Assembly (NCBI GenBank): GCA_965220745.1
Contig: CBDCQT010000012.1
Location: forward strand, 512,001 to 576,000
Length of the DNA stretch: 64,000 nucleotides
Direction: 5' to 3'
DNA from: Alphaproteobacteria bacterium
GTDB taxonomy: Bacteria; Pseudomonadota; Alphaproteobacteria; UBA828
This document shows, in pieces, positions 43,852-52,640 of the stretch. Numbering within the stretch: the stretch's first letter is position 1; each line of letters starts with the position of its first letter. Made by a program: the position numbers and the translations under genes. The notes under the pieces are model-generated. The model ran no database searches. It saw only the letters and a list, made by a program, of their open reading frames with translations, and had not been told where the DNA came from.

Positions 43852-44796
43852 ATGCTCAGATTCATTATCTGGCGCTTGATTCACGTGGTGCCGGTTCTAC
43901 TCGGCGTTTCTTTCGTCGTTTTCAGCATTCTCTATCTCATTCCAGGCGACATCGCGACCACGCTGCTCTCGATGTTCTACACCGAGGAGCGCGCGGCCAT
44001 GCTGCGCGAGCAACTCGGCCTGGACAGGCCGATGTTCGTCCAATACGGCCGCTGGCTCTGGGCCGCGTTGCACGGCGATCTCGGCCAGTCGCTCATGATG
44101 CGGATGCCGGTGATGACCGTGCTGCTGGACAAGACCGGAAACTCGCTCATCCTGACCGGTGCAAGTTTGCTCATCGTCATTCCGGTGAGCTTCCTGATGG
44201 GCACCGCGTCTGCGGCCCGTTTCCGCAAGCCCTTCGACCGCTTTACCGTCTTCTTCTCGCTGCTGCTCGCGAGCATGCCGGTCTTCTGGCTTGGGATTGC
44301 GCTGCTCTACCTGTTCGGCGTGCGGATACCGCTCTTTCCCATGTCGGGCATGTACAACATGGCCAATCCAGGCGGCATCCTTGACCTGCTTCATCACCTA
44401 TTCCTGCCGGCGGTGACTACGGCGGCCACCTCGGTCGCCATCGTGACGCGGGTCACCCGAGGCGCCATGCTCGATACGTTGAGCCAGCCCTATATCCTGG
44501 CTGCACGGTCGCGCGGATTGCCGGGGTCACGGGTGATCTATCGCCACGGCGTGCGCAATATTTTGCCGACCTTCTCCAACATGATCGGCCTGCAGATCGG
44601 TTATCTATTCGGCAGCGCCATCTTTTCGGAAATCATCTTCAACTGGCCCGGAATCGGCCTGCAGCTTTACCAGTCGATCCTGCATCGCGATCTGACAATG
44701 GTGCAGGGCTGCGTGCTGGCCGTCGCCATCATATTCGTCCTGGGCAATATGTTGGCCGACATCATCGTCTACGCCCTCGACACCACCCGGAAGTAG
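43852..44796 (+). CDS. ABC permease (DppB-like)
   Basis: LGLDRP, GDLGQS, EAA-like YILAARSRGL and FNWPGIG. Confidence 0.93.
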   Translation: MLRFIIWRLIHVVPVLLGVSFVVFSILYLIPGDIATTLLSMFYTEERAAMLREQLGLDRPMFVQYGRWLWAALHGDLGQSLMMRMPVMTVLLDKTGNSLILTGASLLIVIPVSFLMGTASAARFRKPFDRFTVFFSLLLASMPVFWLGIALLYLFGVRIPLFPMSGMYNMANPGGILDLLHHLFLPAVTTAATSVAIVTRVTRGAMLDTLSQPYILAARSRGLPGSRVIYRHGVRNILPTFSNMIGLQIGYLFGSAIFSEIIFNWPGIGLQLYQSILHRDLTMVQGCVLAVAIIFVLGNMLADIIVYALDTTRK

Positions 44797-44811
44797 CGAG
44801 GGCGGCGTCGC

Positions 44812-45741
44812 ATGGCCACGGGCAGGATCAGGAGGAGCAGGGCATCGAAGCGCTCCCGACGCAGCGTGGAGACGGAGCGCGCGCGGTCGACGCTCTATTT
44901 CATCTGGCGCGGTATTCGCAACGATCCCTACGGGATGGCCGGCGCCCTGATCATCCTGGTTCTCGTGATTTGCGCGCTGTTCGCGCCCTATATCGCGCCC
45001 TACGACCCGCAGTATGCCGACCCGAGGCTGCGGCTGCGCGGTCCGGGAACCGAGGGTCACATCCTGGGCTTGGACCAGCAGGGGCGGGACATCCTCTCGC
45101 GCCTAATCTACGGCACCCGTTACTCGCTCATCGCCGGAGTCACGCCAGTCGTGCTCGGCGGCCTCATTTCGATCCCCCTCGGTACCATTGCCGCGTACTA
45201 CGAGCGTGTCGGCTATTTCATCATGCGCTCCATGGATGTGCTGTTCGCATTTCCCATGGTGCTGCTGGCGATCACGCTCTCCTTCTTCATGGGGCCGGGG
45301 CTCGGCAATCTGATCATCGCCCTCGTCGTGGTCCTGATCCCCTACAACACGCGCGTCGTCTACGTGCAGGCGCTGGCGCAGAAGGAGCAGGGCTATATCG
45401 AAGCCGCCCGCGCCGATGCGACCAGCGATTTCAAGATTCTGTTCGTCGAGATGCTGCCCCACGTCGTATCCGCATCGGTCGTCTATTCCATGACCATCGT
45501 GGGGACGATCGTGGTGACGGCGGCAGGGCTGAGCTTCCTCGGCCTCGGGGTGCAGCCGCCCACGCCCGAGTGGGGCATCATGACCAGTGACGGCCGCACC
45601 GTGCTGCACATCGCCCCCCACGTCTCGACCCTGCCGGGAGTGGCGATCTTTCTCATGGTCACGGGCTTCAACCTGCTCGGCGACAGCCTGCGCGACGCGC
45701 TCGATCCGAAGACAAGGCTGGTGCGGGCCGGGGCACGATAG
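44812..45741 (+). CDS. ABC permease (DppC-like)
   Basis: GRDILSRLIYG, YIEAARA, LSFLGLGVQPPTPEWG and LRDALDP. Confidence 0.93.
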   Translation: MATGRIRRSRASKRSRRSVETERARSTLYFIWRGIRNDPYGMAGALIILVLVICALFAPYIAPYDPQYADPRLRLRGPGTEGHILGLDQQGRDILSRLIYGTRYSLIAGVTPVVLGGLISIPLGTIAAYYERVGYFIMRSMDVLFAFPMVLLAITLSFFMGPGLGNLIIALVVVLIPYNTRVVYVQALAQKEQGYIEAARADATSDFKILFVEMLPHVVSASVVYSMTIVGTIVVTAAGLSFLGLGVQPPTPEWGIMTSDGRTVLHIAPHVSTLPGVAIFLMVTGFNLLGDSLRDALDPKTRLVRAGAR

Positions 45742-45788
45742 GATGACGTGTCGCGGCGGATCGCCATGAACCACGAGGACACGCTGCC

Positions 45789-47027
45789 ATGACCAAGACA
45801 CGATTGATGCCCAAGAATCACTGGGACTGGAGCATGCCCGTGCCGTTCTCGCAGGGGTGGAAGATCGACGACGTGATCTTCGTCGGCGGTCAGGTCTCCG
45901 CCGATGCCCAGGGCCGACCCGTCGGGGCCGGCGACATCGCGGTGCAGACGCGAAACACGTTCGAGTTCATCAAGCGAGTCCTGGAGGAGGCCGGCGGCGA
46001 TCTCTCCGACATCGTGAAGCTCAACACCTACTACCAGCACGACGGGGAGGGCGCCGACATCACCCGCTTCTGGGAGGAGATGACCGAGGTCAGGAAGGAA
46101 TACCTGGCCGATCCCGGCCCGGTGGGCACGGCCGTCCGTGTTCGGGGCTTCGCCTACGAGGGCCTGCTCATCGAGATCGAGGCCATCGCCGTCGTCGGCC
46201 GCAAGAAGCAACGGCTCATGCCCGCCAATCACTGGGACTGGAGCATTCCGGTCCCATTCTCCCAGGGCTGGAAGGTGGACGATCTGATCTTCGTTGGAGG
46301 ACAGATATCATCTGACGACAGAGGGCGCACCATCGCACCCGGCGACATCGGCCAGCAGGTGAGGAACGTCTTCGGCTCGATCCGGAGCGTGCTCAGGGAG
46401 GGCGGCGCGGAGCTCTCCGACCTCATAAAGTTCAATACCTACTACCAGTTCGAGGGCGAAGGCGACGCGCTCCGGCAATACTGGGAAGACATGACCAAGG
46501 TCCGCATGGAGTATCTCAGCGATCCGGGCCCTGCCGGTACCGCGGTCCGGGTCAACGGCTTCGCCTTTGAGGATCTGCTCATCGAGATCGAAGGCATCGC
46601 CTATGTGGGCGCAGACAAACAGCGCCTGATGCCCGCCAACCATTGGGACTGGAGCATACCGGTCCCGCTCTCGCAGGGCTGGAAGGTCGGCGACTACATC
46701 TTCGTCGGCGGGCAGATATCAGGCGACAGCAAGGGCAGCGCCATCGGCGTCGGCGACATCGCCACGCAGACCCGCAACACCTTCGAGAACATCCGCGCGG
46801 TGCTGAAGGAGGCCGGGGCGGACCTGGAGCACATCGTGCGCCTCAACACTTACTACGACCAGGTTGGCGAGGGTCAGGCGTTGCAGGACTACTGGGAGGC
46901 CATGACCAAAGTTCGGATGGACTATCTCGCGAACCCGGGGCCGGTCGGCACCGCCGTTCGCGTCAACGGTCTCGGCTACCAGGATCTGCTTATCGAAATC
47001 GAGGCCATCGCCTACGTCGGGTCGTGA
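45789..47027 (+). CDS. Protein of three tandem Rid (YjgF/YER057c/UK114) domains
   Basis: Three 137-aa units with an exact 411-bp period, each with SQGWK..IFVGGQ, IV/IKLNTYY-like and LIEIEA/GIA. Confidence 0.9.
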   Translation: MTKTRLMPKNHWDWSMPVPFSQGWKIDDVIFVGGQVSADAQGRPVGAGDIAVQTRNTFEFIKRVLEEAGGDLSDIVKLNTYYQHDGEGADITRFWEEMTEVRKEYLADPGPVGTAVRVRGFAYEGLLIEIEAIAVVGRKKQRLMPANHWDWSIPVPFSQGWKVDDLIFVGGQISSDDRGRTIAPGDIGQQVRNVFGSIRSVLREGGAELSDLIKFNTYYQFEGEGDALRQYWEDMTKVRMEYLSDPGPAGTAVRVNGFAFEDLLIEIEGIAYVGADKQRLMPANHWDWSIPVPLSQGWKVGDYIFVGGQISGDSKGSAIGVGDIATQTRNTFENIRAVLKEAGADLEHIVRLNTYYDQVGEGQALQDYWEAMTKVRMDYLANPGPVGTAVRVNGLGYQDLLIEIEAIAYVGS

Positions 47028-47063
47028 TTGGATAACCCGTCTTGGCGCCAAGGAGGAACTGAC

Positions 47064-47969
47064 ATGATCAAGAACCCCGTTCCCTGGCCGGACGGCGCCA
47101 AGTGCGCCGCTGCCATCACATTCGACATCGATACCGACAGCATCCTGCATCTCGAGCACAGGGAGAGGGCGGATACGATGCTGTCGTCGCTGTCGTGGCT
47201 GAAATACGACGAGGTGGCGATCCCGCGCATTCTCGACATGTACCGGGACTGCGGCATCAAGCAGACCTTCTTCTATCCGGCGTGGTGCATGGAGCGCTAT
47301 CCCCATCTCGTCGAGATGATCCTCAAGGATGGCCACGAGATTGCAGCCCACGGCTACATTCACGAAGACCCGAACAAGCTGCCGCGGGAGGAAGAGCACT
47401 ACTGGTTGAGGCGCCAGATCGACGTCATCGAAAAGATGACCGGCCAGCGCCCGCGCGGCTGGCGCGGCCCGCTTTACAACGCGTCCAAGTACTCGGTCGA
47501 CCTCTTGATCGAGGAGGGGCTCATCTACGACGCCACGCTGATGGGCGACGACGTGCCCTACGTCCTGAAGACAGCGCAGGGGAGCGTCATCGAGCTTCCC
47601 TCCCACTGGGCGATGGACGATTGGCCGCACTACACCCATTCGTTCGACTTCAACTACATGATGACGATCAAGTCGCCGGACGAGGCGATGAACGTCTTCA
47701 TGTCCGAGTTCGAGGCCATGTACGACTTCGGTGGCCTCTGGGTGACCGTGTGGCACCCCTTCGTCTCCGGGCGCCTCGCCCGCTGCCGCCGCGTCCAGCA
47801 GATGATCGAGTACATGCAGAGCAAGGGTGGCGTCTGGTTCACAACCATGGAGGAGATCGCCAAACACGTCCAAGCGTGCATAGACGACGGCAGCTGGACG
47901 CCGCGCGTGGACAACCTGCCCTATTACGACGGCTTGGTGCCGGAACTGGAGAGGCTGGCTGCCGAGTAA
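47064..47969 (+). CDS. Polysaccharide deacetylase (CE4, PuuE/HpPgdA-like)
   Basis: TFDIDTD, HEIAAHGYIHE, GWRGP, DDWPH and WHPFVSGR; no signal peptide; GGAGG SD. Confidence 0.88.
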   Translation: MIKNPVPWPDGAKCAAAITFDIDTDSILHLEHRERADTMLSSLSWLKYDEVAIPRILDMYRDCGIKQTFFYPAWCMERYPHLVEMILKDGHEIAAHGYIHEDPNKLPREEEHYWLRRQIDVIEKMTGQRPRGWRGPLYNASKYSVDLLIEEGLIYDATLMGDDVPYVLKTAQGSVIELPSHWAMDDWPHYTHSFDFNYMMTIKSPDEAMNVFMSEFEAMYDFGGLWVTVWHPFVSGRLARCRRVQQMIEYMQSKGGVWFTTMEEIAKHVQACIDDGSWTPRVDNLPYYDGLVPELERLAAE

Positions 47970-48018
47970 GGCGAGACGAACTGTCCCGTCACAGACGGCT
48001 ACCGGGACGGAGGGAGAA

Positions 48019-49464
48019 ATGGCTGGCACGACGCTCATCAGGAACGCCGACTGGGTCGTGGGCTACGACCCCGACAGGGACGGTCACGTCTACATGCGCG
48101 GCGCCGACGTGGCCTTCGCGAACGACACGATCATCCACGTCGGCAGAGACTATGGTGGCGAGGCCGAGCATGTCATCGACGGCAAGGACGTGATGGTCCT
48201 TCCCGGAATGCTCGATCTTCATCTGCATGGCTACATGGAAATGCACGGCAAGGGATTCTTCGAAGACCTTGCCACCAAGCATATGTGGATGACGCAGCTG
48301 CTCGAGTACACGTGGATCCTGCAGGACGACAAGGAATCGTCATTTGCCGCGACCCAGGCGTCGGCCTGCGATCTGCTGAAGAGCGGCTGCACCACGATGG
48401 CGGAACTCTACTGTTCCGGCCTGCCGTTCGACGGATGGGTGGACATGCTCGCAGGCACGGGTATTCGGACCTATGCGTGCCCCATGGTGCAGTCCGCTCA
48501 CTGGTACACGTCCAACGGCAAGGATCACCTCTACGAGTGGTACGAAGAGAAGGGCTTCGAGAACCTCGAGCGATCCCTTGAGATAATCGACGACGCGATT
48601 GCGCATCCCAGCGGCCGCTTGCACGGGATGGTTGGCCCGGCCCAGGCCGACACCTGTACGGAAGAGATGTTTCGGCGGTGCAAGGAGGCCGCTGACTCCA
48701 GAGGGATTCTGTTGCAGACCCATGCTGCACAGTCCGTCATGGAACATCGCGAGATGGTCCGGCGCCACGGCAAGACGCCGATCGAATGGCTGGACGATAT
48801 CGGCGTGCTCGGCCCGAACACGCTGCTAGGGCACGCCATCGACATCGACCAGCATCCCTGGGTCAACCACCACGAGCATCGCGACCTGGAACGCCTCGCC
48901 CGGTCCGGATCGTCTGTCGTGCATTGCCCGCGCGCCTTCGCCCAGTGGGGAGACATGATGCGGAGCCTCGGCGGTTACCGCGCCGCCGGCGTCAACATGG
49001 CGCTCGGCACCGATTGCTACCCGCACGATCTGGTCGAGGAGATGCGAATCGCCGGTCTCATGTCGAAGGTGGCGAGCGGCCATGTCGACCTGCTGCCGAC
49101 CGACGCGGTGTTCGAGATCGCAACGTTGGGCGCTGCCAGGGCGCTCGGCCGGGACGACCTGGGGCGCTTGGCGTCAGGCGCCAAGGCGGATCTCGCCCTG
49201 GTCGATCTGCGTCATCCCTCGATTCGCCCGGTGCGCGATCCGCTGAAGTGCCTAATCTATTCCGGCACAGCCGCGGCGGTCCGCGACGTATTCGTGAACG
49301 GAGAGCAAGTGGTGAAGGACCGCACCGTACTCACGGTCGATCAGGACGATGCGCTGGACCGTCTGCAGGAGGGCCAAAAGCGGGCGCTCGACCGAATTCC
49401 GGAACTGGACTGGGCGAAGCGCAGCGCCGACGACATGTCTCCCTTCTGCCTGCCGATCGACTGA
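48019..49464 (+). CDS. Metal-dependent amidohydrolase (deaminase/chlorohydrolase-like)
   Basis: PGMLDLHLH, THAAQS, GHAI, HCP, GTDC and KADLALVD. Confidence 0.9.
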   Translation: MAGTTLIRNADWVVGYDPDRDGHVYMRGADVAFANDTIIHVGRDYGGEAEHVIDGKDVMVLPGMLDLHLHGYMEMHGKGFFEDLATKHMWMTQLLEYTWILQDDKESSFAATQASACDLLKSGCTTMAELYCSGLPFDGWVDMLAGTGIRTYACPMVQSAHWYTSNGKDHLYEWYEEKGFENLERSLEIIDDAIAHPSGRLHGMVGPAQADTCTEEMFRRCKEAADSRGILLQTHAAQSVMEHREMVRRHGKTPIEWLDDIGVLGPNTLLGHAIDIDQHPWVNHHEHRDLERLARSGSSVVHCPRAFAQWGDMMRSLGGYRAAGVNMALGTDCYPHDLVEEMRIAGLMSKVASGHVDLLPTDAVFEIATLGAARALGRDDLGRLASGAKADLALVDLRHPSIRPVRDPLKCLIYSGTAAAVRDVFVNGEQVVKDRTVLTVDQDDALDRLQEGQKRALDRIPELDWAKRSADDMSPFCLPID

Positions 49465-49500
49465 TCCGCGACGACCTTTCATGTCCGGCTCTGTTGTTCG

Positions 49501-49580
49501 GCGCGCCGAACGGCAGCAGGTCTCGTGTCTATTCGGCACTGAAGACGCGCATGATTACCTTCCTCGATTTCGTAGCAGGG
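49501..49580. repeat. 80-bp direct repeat (ocd 5' end), copy 2, with a nonsense codon
   Basis: Matches 37930-38009; minus strand reads MRVFSAE*. Confidence 0.9.
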
Positions 49581-49760
49581 GAGGCGCAACCCTGTTGTTA
49601 GGCGCGTAAGTTAGACCTCGAAAAATCCAGTTTTCTCAATGGATTACAATGTCGATCGGCGTCAAATCCACGATCCGATCAACAACGTTTCAAATGCGGC
49701 AGCCCTGTCCGGGCTGACGGAGCCCGAGTAGATAGACGGGGTAGCCGTTCCCTCTGCCGG

Positions 49761-50237
49761 CTAACCCGATGGCGTCGAGAGGGAGGCGTTTTGGGCGATT
49801 CCGATTTCGAGTGTGACCACGATCGCGTAAGCCGCCAAGCAGAGCACTGCAGCGAGCAACGAAAAAATCATCACCGGCATACTTCGTGCGAGCCATTTGT
49901 TTCTGGGGACATTAATAAAGCCTTTTGACTGTGTTTTGTTTTCAATATCTTTGTTGAACTGTGTACGATAAGTGTTCGCCGTTTTATTTGCATGACTTAC
50001 GGCCAAATAGGTGGCGGCAGCACCGCTCACTATTCCTATTCCCAATGACGCCCACGTCGCCGACAAAAAGTATTTTGCTGGCCCTTCGGTTGGGGCGGCT
50101 GGCCCCAATCCAGCCAAGATTGCTAGTGCGCCGGCTGCCAAGGTCAGAATTTGTCGAAGCCAAAGAGCCTGCTGCTCATCGCGCTTCTCATCCAATTCAA
50201 CAATTCTCTTAAGGCGATTCTGGATGAATTCTTCCAT
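49761..50237 (-). CDS. Hypothetical membrane protein (low GC)
   Basis: 158-aa ORF with about three hydrophobic segments; AT-rich codons. Confidence 0.65.
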   Translation of the reverse strand: MEEFIQNRLKRIVELDEKRDEQQALWLRQILTLAAGALAILAGLGPAAPTEGPAKYFLSATWASLGIGIVSGAAATYLAVSHANKTANTYRTQFNKDIENKTQSKGFINVPRNKWLARSMPVMIFSLLAAVLCLAAYAIVVTLEIGIAQNASLSTPSG

Positions 50238-50434
50238 ATGGTCCCCACGTCGGTGGTGTGGCAGCAGTGATGATAAGAGCCGCGTCGCCCTGCGTAACCT
50301 TAGCGCTTGGGAGGCTGATCACATTGGGCACGACCATCCCGGTGCCGTCCCCGTACGGAAGGGGGATTGTTGTGGGATCCACCTCAGTTCTTCAAGATAA
50401 AATCATTTACACACAACGGTTTATAACAATTGGG

Positions 50435-50509
50435 TGGTGACCCCTACGGGAATTGAACCCGTGTCTCCACCTTGAAAGAGTGGTGTCCTAACCTCTAGAC
50501 GAAGGGGTC
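50435..50509 (-). tRNA. tRNA-Glu (TTC)
   Basis: GACCCCTTCGTCTAGAGGTTAGGACACCACTCTTTCAAGGTGGAGACACGGGTTCAATTCCCGTAGGGGTCACCA folds as a cloverleaf; anticodon TTC; encoded CCA. Confidence 0.97.
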
Positions 50510-50563
50510 AGCGCGTCAATCGGCGCTATGTAGCTGGCGTGGTGCCTCGAAATCAAGGGGCGA

Positions 50564-52375
50564 TCAAGGATCGGATGGCGGGGGCGCCGGAGCGCCGTCG
50601 TCAATGTGCAGCTCGACGGCGCGGGCGCCCCGGCGCCGGTCGAGGCGGAGCCGGCCCGCCAGGTGGAAGGGGTGCTCCGCGCCCGCCAGCAGCGCGTGGC
50701 CCAGGGCGTTGTCGGCGGCGCGGAAGGCGATGCCCTTGAGCCGCTTGCCCGAGCGGCCGGCAAGCTGGCAGCGCACGTGGCCGCGGCCCACGATATCCGC
50801 GCGCAGCAGCTGGGCGCCGGCAATGGCGAAGCGGGGCTCCGGGTTGCCGGCGCCATAGGGGCCGGCGGCCTCCAGCATCTCCAGCAGGTCCGCCGTCGCG
50901 CCCTCGACGCTGAGCGCGCCGTCGAGGCCGAGGGTCGGCGTGCGCTCGGTTTCGTCCGCGTCCACGCCCAGGCGCTGATGCAGGAATTCCTCCAGCGGTG
51001 AGAGCTTCGCTTTCTCCACGGTGAAGCCCGCCGCCATCGGGTGGCCGCCGCCGTTGACCAGCAACCCTGCCTGGCGCGCGGCCGTGATTGCGGCGCCGAT
51101 ATCGACGCCCGGCACCGAGCGACAGGACGCCTTGCCGACACCGTCCGCGCCATCCTCCCAGGCGACGACCACCGCCGGCCGGTTGTAGCGCTCCTTCAGC
51201 CGGCTCGCGACGATGCCGATGACGCCGGCATGCCAGCGCTCGTCGTGGGCGAGGACCAGGGGCGCCGACGCAACATCTCCACCGTTTGCCGTCTCGACCT
51301 GCTCGATGGCCTCCTCCAGCACCGCCTGCTCGATCGCTTGACGCTCGCGGTTGAGCGCGTCGAGGTGCTGGGCGATCTCCTTGGCCTTGTCGTCATCCTC
51401 TGTGGTCAGCAGGCGCGCGCCCAGGCTGGCTTCGCCGACCCGGCCGCCGGCATTGACGCGCGGCCCGAGGATGAAGCCCAGGTGATAGACCCCCGGCGGC
51501 TCCTCCAGGCCGGCGACGTCGCCGAGCGCCCTGAGCCCCACGTTGCGGCGCTGGCGCATCATCGTGAGACCCTGGCGCACGAAGGCGCGGTTGACGCCGG
51601 TAAGCGGCACCACGTCGCAGACAGTGCCGAGCGCCACCAGATCGAGCCATTGCAGGAGGTCCGGCTCTTCCCGGTCGCGGTACCAGCCCGCCTCGCGCAG
51701 GTGCCGGTTGAGCCCCACGACAAGCAGGAAGGCCACCCCCACGGCGGCGAGCTGGCGGTGCGGGCTCTCGTCATCCAGCCGGTTGGGGTCGATCACGGCG
51801 CAGGCCTGGGGCAGCCGCGCTTCGGCCACGTGGTGGTCGACCACGATCACGTCGAGCCCGGCGTCGGCGGCGTCTTCGAGTGCGTCGAAGGCGCTGATCC
51901 CGCAATCCACCGTGATGACCACGCGCACCTCCTGCGCCGCCAGCATCCGCATGGCGGTGGCATTCGGGCCGTAGCCCTCGCGCAGGCGGTCGGGGATGTA
52001 GATGGTCGGCGGATGGGCGACGGCCTCGAAGAATCGGCTGAGCAGCGCGGCCGAGGTCGCGCCGTCCACGTCGTAGTCGCCGAAGATCGCGATTTTCTCG
52101 CCCGCCTCCAGCGCGCCTGCGAGCCGCGCGATGGCCCGCTCCATGTCATTGAGGTGGAGCGGATCGGGCAGCAGCCGGCGCAGCGTCGGGTCGAGGTAGT
52201 CCGGCGCATCTTCCGCCGCGATGCCGCGGGCCGCGAGCACACGCCCGACCAGCTCCGGCACCTCGATGGCCTGGGCAAGCGAGAGGCCGGCCATCGAATC
52301 GTCCAGCCTCGCGCGCCAGCGCTTGCCGAGCAGCGACCGCTCGACCCCGAGCATCGCCGCCCCGTCGTTCATCAC
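50564..52375 (-). CDS. recJ: ssDNA exonuclease RecJ
   Basis: GDYDVDG, VDCG, VDHH, GPRVNAGGR and GGGHPMAAG. Confidence 0.97.
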   Translation of the reverse strand: MMNDGAAMLGVERSLLGKRWRARLDDSMAGLSLAQAIEVPELVGRVLAARGIAAEDAPDYLDPTLRRLLPDPLHLNDMERAIARLAGALEAGEKIAIFGDYDVDGATSAALLSRFFEAVAHPPTIYIPDRLREGYGPNATAMRMLAAQEVRVVITVDCGISAFDALEDAADAGLDVIVVDHHVAEARLPQACAVIDPNRLDDESPHRQLAAVGVAFLLVVGLNRHLREAGWYRDREEPDLLQWLDLVALGTVCDVVPLTGVNRAFVRQGLTMMRQRRNVGLRALGDVAGLEEPPGVYHLGFILGPRVNAGGRVGEASLGARLLTTEDDDKAKEIAQHLDALNRERQAIEQAVLEEAIEQVETANGGDVASAPLVLAHDERWHAGVIGIVASRLKERYNRPAVVVAWEDGADGVGKASCRSVPGVDIGAAITAARQAGLLVNGGGHPMAAGFTVEKAKLSPLEEFLHQRLGVDADETERTPTLGLDGALSVEGATADLLEMLEAAGPYGAGNPEPRFAIAGAQLLRADIVGRGHVRCQLAGRSGKRLKGIAFRAADNALGHALLAGAEHPFHLAGRLRLDRRRGARAVELHIDDGAPAPPPSDP

Positions 52376-52414
52376 TTCGCTCTACACGGTGGAGGTTGGG
52401 AGGACGTGCCCCCA

Positions 52415-52455
52415 CCTCACCCCGACCCTCTCCTCCCCCCGGGGGGAGGAGAGGG
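52415..52455. repeat. REP-like palindrome
   Basis: CCTCACCCCGA followed by the perfect 30-bp palindrome CCCTCTCCTCCCCCC/GGGGGGAGGAGAGGG. Confidence 0.7.
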
Positions 52456-52495
52456 ATAATTTGCCATTGCCGTCTACGACCTCTCTCCGCCCTGT

Positions 52496-52588
52496 CGGGC
52501 CGCAGGCCCGGAGCGCGCGACTGCGCGCCGCGCCGTATGGCGCGAAAGCCAAGCGAGCGGAGCGAGCGCCCGGCGATTGAGGGAAATG
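52496..52588. repeat. Structured intergenic repeat, family B copy 2
   Basis: Homologous to 33608-33698. Confidence 0.75.
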
Positions 52589-52640
52589 CATAAGCCGGGA
52601 GAGGGACAGGGAGAGGTGGGGGGGTCGCAGCGGAGTCACA

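Larger units (their letters stand above)
36512..50448. mobile_element. tRNA-Glu-anchored genomic island (~13.9 kb), no integrase visible
   Basis: 16-bp direct repeats, TA remnant, pseudogenes, patches of lower GC, accessory cargo. Confidence 0.75.

Noticed and set aside
45789-47027. Triplication as an assembly artefact
   Set aside because: Units differ at many synonymous and non-synonymous sites while staying in frame.
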